Source: an uncultured delta proteobacterium (GTDB lineage Bacteria > Desulfobacterota > RBG-13-43-22). Taken from it: a stretch of 64,000 nt of DNA. The notes under the pieces were generated by a model. That model had not been told where the DNA came from, made no database searches, and worked only from the letters and a program-made list of their open reading frames with translations. A program made the position numbers and the translations under genes. Location of the stretch: contig CAWBOS010000010.1 in the NCBI GenBank assembly GCA_963790475.1, positions 480,001 through 544,000 on the forward strand, given 5' to 3'. Shown here piece by piece: positions 17,542 to 27,458 of the stretch (its first letter is position 1; each line of letters starts with the position of its first letter).

Positions 17542-19416
17542 ATGTCCCTGACATATTTTCACTTCCTTTTGACCCTGTTTTTTTTAGCCCTCTTTATTTT
17601 TGTTTCCACCGGTCTCGGAATGCTGGTGTTAAGAAAAGTGGGCATCTCATTCATCGATTTCGGTGAATTATTTTTCTTTTCCATCGGAACCGGATTTGGA
17701 GTCCTCGGATATTCCATATTCGTTCTTGGGAGTTTTCAACTCCTTCGTCCTCAGATATTATATGGGCTGTTGGGCTCCCTGACAGCTTTGTCACTGCTCG
17801 GTTGGTTCGGGGGTAGACCTTTGCCGGCTTATCCAACATTCAACTTAAGAGAAAAGTCGCTATTAGAGCAATCGTCGGCCTTATTTCTTTTATTTGCTCT
17901 GCTGGCCGGCATGATCTTGGTTCTTACGCCGGAAACAGGAAAGGACGCCCTGATCTATCATCTGGCCGTCCCTAAACTTTTTTTAAAACACCAGGGATTT
18001 TACTTTATTCCCGGGAATATCTTTGCCAACTACCCCCTGTTCAATGAAATGCTTTTTCTTGCGGGTCTTTTTATTCAAGGGGAAGTGCTGGCCAAAGGAA
18101 TGCATTTTGTCGCCCTTCTTGGAATCCTTCTGGGCATAAGACAATTTAGCGGATTACCAAAGATCGAAAATCCCTTTCCATTTTTGAGTTCACTTATATT
18201 TTTGACCATCCCCTCTGTTTTCATAACCTCGCATTCGGCGTATAATGATCTTTTTATAACTTACTATTCCATGGCGGCAGTCCTCGCTTTTATCCATTGG
18301 TTTCAGCAGAGAAGCGATCGATGGCTGGTGGTATCGGGCATTTTTTCAGGATTGGCTGTCGCCAGCAAATATACGGCTCTTCTTCTACCCATCCTGGGCT
18401 GTTTGGGGATCTTATGGGCTTCTTCTTTCTATCGAGAGAAATTGAGGCAGGCGGGCCGATCCCTTTTTATATTTTTAACCTCAATGGCTCTTTTGGGCGC
18501 CCCATTTTACATCAAAAATTGGCTCGTGACCGGAAATCCATTTTATCCCTTTCTCTATCAGATTTTCGGCGGCCGTGGATGGGACCCCGATCAGGCCCGG
18601 CTTTATGAGACCTTTGTACGAAATTTAGGCCTGGGTCGGGATTTTTGGGACTATCTGCTTCTTCCCTGGAATTTAAGTTTTCAGGCCAGGCTGGGCAGCC
18701 CGCGATTTGATGGTCTTTTGGGCCCGATCTTTTTGCTAACCCTTCCTTTCCTGATCGGAGTGGGTCGCCTGGAGAAGCCGGTCAAGATCTTTTGTATTTA
18801 CTGCGCCTTCACTTTCTTGTTTTGGGCCTCTTCCGCCCAACAAATTCGTTATCTGATCCCGATTTTTCCTTTCTTGTCCTTGTTGACTGGCATCATTCTT
18901 GCTAAATATAAAAAGCAGCAGGTCTTGTGGATATTGTTGAGCTTCCTAATTATTGGGAGTATATTTTTTAATAGTACTTATATCATCCGTCATTTTGAGG
19001 CCATCAAACCCATAGGGGTCGTTATTGGGACTGAAGACCGAGACTCATTCTTAAGCCGAAGACTCCCATCTTACGGAATGTTTAATTATATCAATAAAAA
19101 TTTGCCTGGCAATTCCAAGCTTTTTTTGATTTATATGAGAAATTGGGGGTTTTTGTTGGATCGTGATTATTATTCCGATTCCATGTTTGAATCTTATACC
19201 ATTCAAAAGATCCTCTCCGAATCCCAATCGACAGGGGATATTAATCACGCGTTACGGTCCAGGGGATTCACCCACCTTTTTTATGACCAGAACTATATTT
19301 ATCGAGGTCTAAGTACCTTTTCCTCTGAAGAAAAAGAGAAGTTTTTAAATTTTCAAAAAAAATACCTGTCTTTAATAAAAAAAGAGGAGCCCTATTATCT
19401 CTTTCGGCTTAACTGA
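17542..19416 (+). CDS. Polytopic GT-C glycosyltransferase (lipid-carrier dependent)
   Basis: Motifs DALIYHLAVPK, YNDL, GLAVASKYT, PFYIKNWLVTGNPFYP and RYLIPI; many TM segments. Confidence 0.75.
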   Translation: MSLTYFHFLLTLFFLALFIFVSTGLGMLVLRKVGISFIDFGELFFFSIGTGFGVLGYSIFVLGSFQLLRPQILYGLLGSLTALSLLGWFGGRPLPAYPTFNLREKSLLEQSSALFLLFALLAGMILVLTPETGKDALIYHLAVPKLFLKHQGFYFIPGNIFANYPLFNEMLFLAGLFIQGEVLAKGMHFVALLGILLGIRQFSGLPKIENPFPFLSSLIFLTIPSVFITSHSAYNDLFITYYSMAAVLAFIHWFQQRSDRWLVVSGIFSGLAVASKYTALLLPILGCLGILWASSFYREKLRQAGRSLFIFLTSMALLGAPFYIKNWLVTGNPFYPFLYQIFGGRGWDPDQARLYETFVRNLGLGRDFWDYLLLPWNLSFQARLGSPRFDGLLGPIFLLTLPFLIGVGRLEKPVKIFCIYCAFTFLFWASSAQQIRYLIPIFPFLSLLTGIILAKYKKQQVLWILLSFLIIGSIFFNSTYIIRHFEAIKPIGVVIGTEDRDSFLSRRLPSYGMFNYINKNLPGNSKLFLIYMRNWGFLLDRDYYSDSMFESYTIQKILSESQSTGDINHALRSRGFTHLFYDQNYIYRGLSTFSSEEKEKFLNFQKKYLSLIKKEEPYYLFRLN

Positions 19417-19417
19417 A

Positions 19418-21271
19418 ATGGAATTAAAATCACTACCTGCTGTCAACAAAAGATTATTGATTTCAGTCATTTTGATTGGAATGACCCTCTTGGTTTATTG
19501 GCCGGTGACCCGTTACCCATTTATTAATTTTGACGATGGGGGTTATGTCTTTAAAAATTTCGATGTCCAGGGTGCGCTGACCCTAAAAAAAATCGGTTGG
19601 GCTTTCACTACCACTCAACTCGCCAATTGGCATCCGCTGACTTGGCTGTCTTATCTGATGGATTATCAACTCTTTGGTTTGAATGCCGGAGGATATCATC
19701 TAACTAATTTATTTTTTCATTTGGCTAATTCCATATTACTTTTCCTTTTATTGGCAAGAATGACTAAAGGACTCTGGGCCGGTGCCCTGGTGGCCGCCCT
19801 CTTTGCCGTACATCCGCTCCATGTGGAATCCGTCGCCTGGATCGCTGAGCGCAAAGATGTCTTAAGTGCCTTTTTCTGGATACTCTCCATGATAACCTAC
19901 GTGTATTACGTCGAGCGTCCATCGGTTTATAGATACGTGCTGGTTCTCCTGACCTTTATATCCGGTCTGATGGCCAAACCGATGGTGGTGACTCTTCCCT
20001 TTGTCTTGATTCTGTTGGATTATTGGCCTTTGGGGCGCTTCCCCATTGGGAGAGCCGTTCATGGGAGAGATTCTTCGGGGACTCATCAAAGAAAGAATTT
20101 TTCTTTTCTTCTGTTGGAAAAGCTCCCCCTGCTCATCTTTTCGGTCGCCTCCTCTGTCATGACCTTTTATGCCCAACAAAGTGCCGGTGCCGTCAATCAA
20201 GAAATCCCCTTAGCGCCCCGAATTTCGAATATCATTTTGTCCTATATATCCTATCTGGAGAAAATGTTCTGGCCCTTGGATTTGAGCATCTTTTATCCAT
20301 TTTCAACGCACCTGCCCCTTTGGCAAATCATAGGGTCCGGATTTGTCCTGGTAGGCATCTCTTTTGGGGTAATGTGGAAATTAAAGCGGTATCCCTATCT
20401 GGCCGTGGGATGGTTATGGTTCCTCGGGACCTTGGTTCCAGTCATCGGTCTAGTCCAGGTAGGATCCCAGGCCTTAGCCGATCGATATACCTATATCCCC
20501 TACATAGGGTTATTTGTTATGATAACCTGGGGGATATCGGATCTACTTTTCCGCTGGTCCTGGAAGAGGATTTTTTTAGGTTTCATGGCCGGTATTTTAT
20601 TATCGATCTTATCGATCCTTTCCTGGGTCCAGGTCAATTACTGGGAAAATAGTATTACCCTCTTCCAACATGCTTTGAAGGTGTCGGCCGAGAATTATAA
20701 GGCCCATGATATTTTGGGCGTCACCTTAATGGAACAGGGGAAATGGGATGAAGCCGTTTTTCATTTCCGAGAGGCGATCCGGCTTAGACCCAATTATGGT
20801 TCAGCTTACAATAATATGGGGGTGGCTTTGGAGAAACAAGGAAAGGTAAGTCAGGCCATGGCCCAATATTCGGAAGCCCTAAGGGTCCGACCCGGCTTTT
20901 CGGAGGCGCAATATAACCTGGGGATCATCGAGTATCGTCAAGGAAATCTTGAAGAGGCCAAGGTTCATTTTCGCGCGGCGCTGCGGATAAATCATCAGTA
21001 CGCTGAAGCCTATAATAACCTGGCGGTGGTTCTTCTTAGTGAAGGCAAGATCGGGGAAGCCATAAATCAACTCTCTGAGGCTTTGAAAATAACGCCCTCC
21101 TACGCCGATGCCCATTATAATCTGGGAAGGGCACTGGCTTGTGTCGGTAAAATTGAGGAAGCTATGGGGCATTATCGGGAAGCGTTGAGAATTCAACCCG
21201 GCTTCCAAAAGGCTCTTAATAGCTTGAAACTGGCCCAAGAGAAAAAAAATAAACCGGAGGAAAAGTATTGA
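19418..21271 (+). CDS. TMTC-like protein O-mannosyltransferase homologue (TM domain plus TPR array)
   Basis: Motifs FDD..YV, WHPLT..S, YHLTN...H, FAVHPLHVESVAWIAERKD and ADRYTYIP; about six C-terminal TPRs. Confidence 0.85.
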   Translation: MELKSLPAVNKRLLISVILIGMTLLVYWPVTRYPFINFDDGGYVFKNFDVQGALTLKKIGWAFTTTQLANWHPLTWLSYLMDYQLFGLNAGGYHLTNLFFHLANSILLFLLLARMTKGLWAGALVAALFAVHPLHVESVAWIAERKDVLSAFFWILSMITYVYYVERPSVYRYVLVLLTFISGLMAKPMVVTLPFVLILLDYWPLGRFPIGRAVHGRDSSGTHQRKNFSFLLLEKLPLLIFSVASSVMTFYAQQSAGAVNQEIPLAPRISNIILSYISYLEKMFWPLDLSIFYPFSTHLPLWQIIGSGFVLVGISFGVMWKLKRYPYLAVGWLWFLGTLVPVIGLVQVGSQALADRYTYIPYIGLFVMITWGISDLLFRWSWKRIFLGFMAGILLSILSILSWVQVNYWENSITLFQHALKVSAENYKAHDILGVTLMEQGKWDEAVFHFREAIRLRPNYGSAYNNMGVALEKQGKVSQAMAQYSEALRVRPGFSEAQYNLGIIEYRQGNLEEAKVHFRAALRINHQYAEAYNNLAVVLLSEGKIGEAINQLSEALKITPSYADAHYNLGRALACVGKIEEAMGHYREALRIQPGFQKALNSLKLAQEKKNKPEEKY

Positions 21272-21343
21272 TGATCCATCCTGATCCGTCGGCCATCCAA
21301 AAGGGGTCGTCAATAATTACTTCAAAAAATAAAAAAATAGATC

Positions 21344-22087
21344 ATGTATAAAAACAAAAAAGTAGTCGTGGTCATGCCGGCCTACAACGCCGCCCGGACA
21401 CTGCGGAAAACGTATGAAGAAGTCATGGATCAAGGCGTCGTGGATCTGATCATTGTAGTCGATGACGGAAGTCAAGATGAAACAGGATCTATCGCCGGAA
21501 CATTAGCTCATACGAAAGTCTATCATCATAAAAAGAATCTCGGATATGGGGCCAATCAAAAATCCTGTTATCGACTGGCCATGGAAGAATCCGGGGACAT
21601 CATTATCATGGTCCACCCGGATTATCAATACACCCCAAAACTCATTCCCGCCATGGCCTCCCTTATCGGGAATGACCTTTACGATTGTGTCTTAGGATCA
21701 AGGATTTTGGGTGGGTATGCCCTTAAGGGGGGAATGCCTTTTTGGCGATACATTTCCAATAGATTATTAACACTGATAGGAAATATTTTTCTGGGAGCAA
21801 AGCTGTCCGAATATCATACGGGTTACCGGGCCTTTTCCCGCAGCCTGTTGGAAAAAATACCCTTCGAACTGAATTCCTATGATTTTGTTTTCGATAATCA
21901 GATGCTGGCCCAAATTATCTGGTATGGCTATGTCATTGCAGAAGTCAGTTGCCCTACTAATTATTATGCCGAGTCTTCATCTATTAATTTTTTCAGGAGT
22001 GTAAAGTACGGATTGGGATGTTTATGGACGGCCCTGACCTTTCGTCTGGCCAGGATGAAAATCATTCACGTCAAGCGGTTTTCATGA
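21344..22087 (+). CDS. GT2 glycosyltransferase, polyprenol-phosphate-mannose synthase-like
   Basis: Motifs VVMPAYN, VVDDGS.D, NLGYG, HPDYQY, VLGSR and YHTGYRAF. Confidence 0.9.
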   Translation: MYKNKKVVVVMPAYNAARTLRKTYEEVMDQGVVDLIIVVDDGSQDETGSIAGTLAHTKVYHHKKNLGYGANQKSCYRLAMEESGDIIIMVHPDYQYTPKLIPAMASLIGNDLYDCVLGSRILGGYALKGGMPFWRYISNRLLTLIGNIFLGAKLSEYHTGYRAFSRSLLEKIPFELNSYDFVFDNQMLAQIIWYGYVIAEVSCPTNYYAESSSINFFRSVKYGLGCLWTALTFRLARMKIIHVKRFS

Positions 22088-22306
22088 GGAGGTCCATTGA
22101 AAGGTTATTATTGTAGATTGTAGTGGGGTGAAATTTTTCTTATACTTCGAGTAAATTTTTCTCATTAAGCATAATGAGTTCAGGGGGCATAAGGTTGGCG
22201 AAGTGGATACCAACAGAGCCATCAACGGGAGCCTGAATGGATATATAAATAAGGTAGATTTCATAATCGCCCCGGATCCAGGTAATCCGGATTTCTTTAC
22301 TATCCT

Positions 22307-22573
22307 TCACTGTCTTTTATAAATTTGTAAAAATTGACTCCCGAAGATGCCGGTTGGGATCGGACCCTCCAATTGATATTCCCCAAGAAACCATGCCTCC
22401 CGATTCAAAGAATTTTTTATGAAGGCATCCAGGCTAATTAAATAATTGGGTTTGCTAGTCCAAATGAGATTCGGAGGAATAGCAGAATTGATATAGTACA
22501 TGCGCCTGGGGAGAGGATAATAACTTAAGGCTTCGGGGGAGACCAGTAATGAAGTGTTGTTGCTAAATCGCAT
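22307..22573 (-). CDS. Hypothetical protein, probably a C-terminal gene fragment
   Basis: Overlaps the stop of the upstream GT-C gene and reads like the soluble tail of a membrane glycosyltransferase. No family recognised. Confidence 0.35.
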   Translation of the reverse strand: MRFSNNTSLLVSPEALSYYPLPRRMYYINSAIPPNLIWTSKPNYLISLDAFIKNSLNREAWFLGEYQLEGPIPTGIFGSQFLQIYKRQ

Positions 22574-24719
22574 AATCTTTCAGATTGACATCCCAATCTT
22601 TAAGCTGTTTTTCGATCCTTTTTTTCCATTCGGCCTCCCCCAAAGGGACTTTTATGTAGGCGTATATCATCAGCTTAGCGGCTTCGTCGGTTTTACCGGA
22701 TAACATGGCCATGGAGCTAAGATCAAAAAGTTCCTTATAAGTTGTTTCAGGATAAAAGATATCTATGCCCTTTTTTAAAAAATAGTAGGCTTTCCCGTAT
22801 TGGTGTGTCTCAATATAGGCCAGACCTAATGGTTTATAGACTTTAAATTTACTGGGCTCATCCGATTTTTTAATGGCAGTCTTATAAACCAAAATCGATT
22901 CGTCGTAATGTTTCAAACCTCGGAGAGCGTCCCCTTTCAACAGGTAACCATTAGGGTCCTCCGGGAAGTTTTTAATAATCGAATCGGCAAAGGTGAGTGT
23001 TCCACTATAATTCCCTTCCTTGTTAAAAATTGTGGCTAAAATCTGATTGGTCAACGAACAATCGGGAAAAATCTCCCTCATTTTTAACAATTTTTGTTTG
23101 ACTAAGTCTTTATTTTTCAGAGAATCGATGCTGTTATCCACTAATTCAAAAGGGTTTAAATCTCCTAAATCATATTGCACCGCCAGTTCGGGATAATGTT
23201 TTCGATTGAGGTAGAGCACATCGGAATAATCAAAAAAAACCAAGGTAAAGTCAGGGAATTTCTCAATTATTTTTGGAAAATTCTTATTATCATTGGGTAC
23301 CATGATAAAAGATGGATCATATTTTATCAAAAATTTTTTTAGCACATATTCATCATTCCGAGCATTGGTAGACAGAAAAGAGTCTTCGTCTTTAAAAAGA
23401 AAAGGTACTTCCATATCCGAGAAGATTTTATATTTCGGATATAGCATCCATTGTAAATAGCCTCCTTTATTAGGATGATTGAATATCTTACCTTTTGCCG
23501 GAATATAGTTTAAAAAGGTGACCACCCCTTGAGGAAGGTTTAACGTGGAGAAAGGGTACTTGGGTGGGTTGCCGAAATAATTTTTTAAACCGTAAAGTGG
23601 AAACAATAATATAAGACTGACCAGAGGGATCATCAGCCATTTGGTTTTTTTTGCCTGGAGATAAAATGACTGTGATAAAGGACGGATATTGATTAATGGA
23701 AGGGCCAGAAAGACGAATTCATAAGTAAAACGGAGTCCTTTAAAAAGTAATATCACACCACCTAAAAAGATGAAGAGATGGCTTATCCTGATTTTTCTTC
23801 TATTCCAAAGAGTCATTCCCACCGAAAAAATCACAACAAAAAAAATGATATTAAAAAGAGTGGTAGTCATCCGGGGTATTTTGGTGAATTGAAAGGAGAA
23901 AAGCTCATCTAAGCTTAAGGGTTTAAACTCTCTGATATACTGGGAGGCATGAGCAATAGAGCTGGTGGAAACCGTGATTAATTTCGAACCATGAGGGGTG
24001 ATATAGGGAGATCCTAAGGTAATAACTAAAGGAATTACATATAGTAAATCCTTGGGATTTAAATGGGTCTTTTGTCGAATATGGATATAAAAAAATTCGA
24101 GAAGATATCCGATGGTGATTAATAGTATAACCGGATATTCGATACCGTGAAGATTACACCAAAAAATGGCAATGATGGGCAGGAGAAAAACTTTTTGGGG
24201 ATGAAATTCAAGGATATAAAGGAAGAGCACGATGAAGAGGTAGCTAAAGTCATGGGGCCTGATCAATTCAAATCGTGTTAATAAAAAGAACGAATAAAGG
24301 GCGAAAATAATGATCAATGATAGGAGAGAATTTCTTTCCTCCCGGTTTTTGATTAGATATATGAAGATTATAGTTATTGTAGCCAGATAAAGAAAGGTTC
24401 TGAACTGAATAAGACCGTAGTAATCAAAAAGGGAATAGATCAGATAAACAGCCGCTTGAAAAAGCCAGTAATAGTCAACAAACTCCCGGGGAGGATCGAT
24501 GAAGGAGAAGTAACTGGTGTGGGGAAGAGCATGATTATTAAAGATGTATCTCCCGCTATTGAGATGATACCATAAGTCATTGTCAAGGGCTATAATCGGC
24601 CAATTAATAAGATAATAGGAAGCAAGGGATAAGAAAAGTAAGAAATACAAGGTGATTCCGGTCATGGGGTTCAGGTTATTGGGCAGGTGTAATTTAAATG
24701 TTTTAAGGAAGGACATCAT
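22563..24719 (-). CDS. GT-C-type membrane protein with C-terminal TPRs, candidate pilin glycosyltransferase
   Basis: Motifs DNDLWYHLNSGRYI, YYWLFQ, RPH.FS, W.NLHG and IFN....GGYL.W; directly downstream of pilA on the same strand. Confidence 0.75.
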   Translation of the reverse strand: MMSFLKTFKLHLPNNLNPMTGITLYFLLFLSLASYYLINWPIIALDNDLWYHLNSGRYIFNNHALPHTSYFSFIDPPREFVDYYWLFQAAVYLIYSLFDYYGLIQFRTFLYLATITIIFIYLIKNREERNSLLSLIIIFALYSFFLLTRFELIRPHDFSYLFIVLFLYILEFHPQKVFLLPIIAIFWCNLHGIEYPVILLITIGYLLEFFYIHIRQKTHLNPKDLLYVIPLVITLGSPYITPHGSKLITVSTSSIAHASQYIREFKPLSLDELFSFQFTKIPRMTTTLFNIIFFVVIFSVGMTLWNRRKIRISHLFIFLGGVILLFKGLRFTYEFVFLALPLINIRPLSQSFYLQAKKTKWLMIPLVSLILLFPLYGLKNYFGNPPKYPFSTLNLPQGVVTFLNYIPAKGKIFNHPNKGGYLQWMLYPKYKIFSDMEVPFLFKDEDSFLSTNARNDEYVLKKFLIKYDPSFIMVPNDNKNFPKIIEKFPDFTLVFFDYSDVLYLNRKHYPELAVQYDLGDLNPFELVDNSIDSLKNKDLVKQKLLKMREIFPDCSLTNQILATIFNKEGNYSGTLTFADSIIKNFPEDPNGYLLKGDALRGLKHYDESILVYKTAIKKSDEPSKFKVYKPLGLAYIETHQYGKAYYFLKKGIDIFYPETTYKELFDLSSMAMLSGKTDEAAKLMIYAYIKVPLGEAEWKKRIEKQLKDWDVNLKDYAI

Positions 24720-24782
24720 AACTAAGATTTTAATGTGGGATTCTTAATAAGGCAAGATATTTGGTAATCTTATTTTAAAATG

Positions 24783-24815
24783 ATGAAAAAGGGTGTGTTC
24801 CACACCCTTTTTCAT
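24783..24815. terminator. Bidirectional terminator-like hairpin downstream of pilA
   Basis: Perfect 15-bp stem ATGAAAAAGGGTGTG-TTC-CACACCCTTTTTCAT. Confidence 0.7.
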
Positions 24816-25034
24816 TACGGTCAAAAGAAAAGATCTGGGATGAAATTATCTGTTAAGGGTGTCATTTATCGCGCCGGAAGCATCCATAGTATAGACACCG
24901 GTGATTTGGGAACTGGCGCCGGATTAGGTTGAGGTCTAAATAATAAAGCCGTCAATGGGTCTCTTGGCCCTCGCAAAATGGAAGGAGACCCATAGACGGT
25001 TCTTCTTTAATGCGTTTGGAAATTAATTATTCTA

Positions 25035-25406
25035 TTACGGTGTTAATGCCCCATTAGCATCTATTGAATACGTTGTAGTCCCAGTGGTATGGGAAGAACT
25101 GAGGGCAAAAGCTTGCTGCGAACCGCTAGTGACGTTAACGTTTACATTCTTTGAGGGGTTATACCCGTAGAGTTTAATTGAGGGGAGATCTACCGTAGCG
25201 GCCGGGTTGTCTCCAAAATAGGCTTGACCTGCCGTATAGGCATTTTTGATGTCCGCCAGGGCGGAGGCATTATAAGCTCTCACGCGATATTGCGAAAACT
25301 GGGGGATGGCGATGGCCGCCAGGATGCCGATGATGGCGATGACGATCAACAATTCAACCAGGGTAAAACCTTTTTGATTCTTCTTTCTGTTTAATTTCTT
25401 CAACAT
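25035..25406 (-). CDS. pilA: Type IVa major pilin
   Basis: Prepilin site QKG|FTLVELLIVIAIIGILAAIAIPQF; 110-aa mature protein; AAGGAG ribosome site and sigma-54 promoter upstream. Confidence 0.95.
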   Translation of the reverse strand: MLKKLNRKKNQKGFTLVELLIVIAIIGILAAIAIPQFSQYRVRAYNASALADIKNAYTAGQAYFGDNPAATVDLPSIKLYGYNPSKNVNVNVTSGSQQAFALSSSHTTGTTTYSIDANGALTP

Positions 25407-25561
25407 GTTCTTTCTCCTTTTTTAATTTTTATTTTTTTAATCAATAGATCAAACTTTTTTGCTTTCTTAATAGTCCCTCCTCGATTAACCCACCTCCTTG
25501 CTCATTTAATTGAATGGTTTGAATTCCATTTTTTTTTAATGGGTAGATGAATATTTGGATA

Positions 25562-25577
25562 TGCAACAGGAGTGCCA
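25562..25577 (-). promoter_or_regulatory. Sigma-54 (-24/-12) promoter of pilA
   Basis: Minus strand TGGCAC-TCCTG-TTGCA matches the consensus. AT-rich palindrome TAACTATTTTAAATAGTTA lies at 25611-25629 upstream. Confidence 0.85.
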
Positions 25578-25793
25578 GGTGGGGAGGAAATGGTTGTATG
25601 GAAAATTAGTTAACTATTTTAAATAGTTAGTATGGAGGAAAAAAGGAGAGGATTTCCCTGCATTTGTTTTCTGACAAAAATTGTTCCTAAAAAATGAAAA
25701 ATTGCTGGGAATTTTGTTTCCAACCCAACTCCCTAATAAAGTCTTTTTTTTGCCACAGACCTACACGGACAAAAGAAAGGACGAAATTCATAT

Positions 25794-25985
25794 CTCTCAC
25801 AGAGCTCACAGAGCCACAGAGGTTGCCTAATTTATTGATTGCCGGTGAGAGGCCGGCAATAAGTGACCTTCGCTACCCTACGGGTAATTTTTTGGCCGGA
25901 GGCCTGAGATGTTTTGTTCAATCCCGCCTCTCACGGGATTGAACAATAATGATTCTCTCGGCGTTCTTTGCGGCTTTGCGGTGAA
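25794..25985 (+). repeat. Family A structured repeat, copy A4 (complete, variant left end)
   Basis: CTCTCACAGAGCTCACAGAGCCACAGAGG, ATTGCCGG-TGAGAGG-CCGGCAAT, CTTCGCTACCCTACGGGTAA, TTGGCCGGAGGCC, TTGTTCAATCCCG-CCTCTCA-CGGGATTGAACAA, CTTTGCGGCTTTGCGGTGAA. Confidence 0.9.
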
Positions 25986-26035
25986 CAAAAACTTTGGGAG
26001 AAATCAGTAAGGTAATAAAGGATTCTCTTTACTAT

Positions 26036-26131
26036 TTATAGGATCGCTTTGTCTATGGCGACACGGAGATTATGTGGAATTTTTGCGGATTCTTTCTGTG
26101 CTTGTCTTTCGATGATGATTCTATGACTCAC
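26036..26131 (-). pseudogene. Truncated RelE/ParE family toxin
   Basis: A GTG overlapping the antitoxin stop gives MSHRIIIERQAQKESAKIPHNLRVAIDKAIL*, the first third of a RelE-type toxin. Confidence 0.65.
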
Positions 26132-26337
26132 TGTGAAAGCCAATTCTTGCGGAATTTTTCATAAGGAATAAAAGAAACGGCTTCCCTCTCCGCTTTGAGG
26201 AGGTCGATAGTGTCTTCTAAATCTTCAATAAACTCCTCAAGCCTCTGAAAGTCTTTCGAGCTAATCAGTACACCTTTCCTCTTACCCCTTTCATCAATAA
26301 GGAATTTAGGTTTCGTCTCAAGTTCCAGCCTTTCCAT
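26128..26337 (-). CDS. Putative antitoxin
   Basis: AAGGAGG ribosome site; pattern FLIDE.GK..GVLI...DF..L.E.IEDLED; acidic; precedes a toxin remnant. Confidence 0.75.
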   Translation of the reverse strand: MERLELETKPKFLIDERGKRKGVLISSKDFQRLEEFIEDLEDTIDLLKAEREAVSFIPYEKFRKNWLSQ

Positions 26338-26372
26338 CGAAAACCTCCTTCTATATTAATTCTGATGAACAG

Positions 26373-26487
26373 GTAAAAAGTCGTCACCCCGGTGAAAACC
26401 GGGGTCCAGAAGAATTATAACTACTTTAAAATACTGGATTCCGGCTTTCGCCGGAATGACATAGCTTGGGTTTCGGCCACTTTTTAC
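26373..26487. repeat. Family B palindrome doublet (B2)
   Basis: CGTCA-CCCCGGT GAAA ACCGGGG-TCCAG, AT-rich spacer, CTGGA-TTCCGGC TTTC GCCGGAA-TGAC; outer inverted repeat GTAAAAAGT / ACTTTTTAC. Confidence 0.88.
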
Positions 26488-26591
26488 GAACTTGTGAACT
26501 TTAAGGTATAAGGTATTCGGCCTGATTATAAATTATACGATTATAAAAAAATTTTCAAATAAAAACAATCTACAACTTCACCGGTTTATCA

Positions 26592-27428
26592 TTATTCTTT
26601 ATTCTGTCTGAGCAGTGCATCCCCTAATTCCCTGGACCTCCGGGTGGCGGCCTCGACCGCATCCATCAAAGTGCCGTGAAGACCGGCCTTTTCCAGAACA
26701 TGAAGACCATAAATAGTGGTCCCACCCGGGGAGGTGACCATTTCCTTGAGTTGGCTGAGGGGCCAATCCATTTTGCGGGCCATTTGACTTGCCCCCCAGA
26801 CTGTCTGGATGGCCAATTTTTGGGCGATTGAACGGGCCAAGCCCATTTTCACCCCGCCCTCGGTCAGCCCTTCTAAAATATGAAAGACATAAGCCGGTCC
26901 GCTTCCGGAGAGTCCGGTTACGGCATCCAGTTGATTCTCTTCCACCCGTACTGTTTCTCCGATGGCTTTAAACAAAGATTCGGCTAAATCAAAATCTTTT
27001 TCATCAGCAACGGCATTCTTAGATAAAGCGCTGATGCCTGATAAAACCAGGGCCGGGGTGTTGGGCATGACCCGGATGATTTTAGGGGTCTTGGAAAAGA
27101 ATCCGCTCAGATAAGATATGGGTACCCCGGCCGCGATGGAAATAAGGATTTTTTCCGGTGACCAGACGGGGGCCAGGATGGATAAAGCCTTGTCGATGTT
27201 TTGCGGTTTCACCGCCAGGATAACCGCCCGGGAAGATCGGATGACCAGGGGGGTGTCAAGGACGGCCTTAACCCCGTAGGTTTTCTTGAGGTGGGAGAGA
27301 CGTTCTTCGATAATATCAGAGACCCAACAGTCGGAGGGGACAACAGTTTTACTACCCAAAAGACCCTTGATCAGGGCCTCGGCCATGTTACCGCCACCGA
27401 TAAAACCCAAAGAAATTTTCAGTTTCAT
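26592..27428 (-). CDS. proC: Pyrroline-5-carboxylate reductase
   Basis: Motifs GFIGGGNMA, LAVKPQ, RVMPNTP, TGLSGSGPAY and VTSPGGTT. Confidence 0.97.
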   Translation of the reverse strand: MKLKISLGFIGGGNMAEALIKGLLGSKTVVPSDCWVSDIIEERLSHLKKTYGVKAVLDTPLVIRSSRAVILAVKPQNIDKALSILAPVWSPEKILISIAAGVPISYLSGFFSKTPKIIRVMPNTPALVLSGISALSKNAVADEKDFDLAESLFKAIGETVRVEENQLDAVTGLSGSGPAYVFHILEGLTEGGVKMGLARSIAQKLAIQTVWGASQMARKMDWPLSQLKEMVTSPGGTTIYGLHVLEKAGLHGTLMDAVEAATRRSRELGDALLRQNKE

Positions 27429-27458
27429 TTATCAAACCTCCATATTAAATTATATTCG

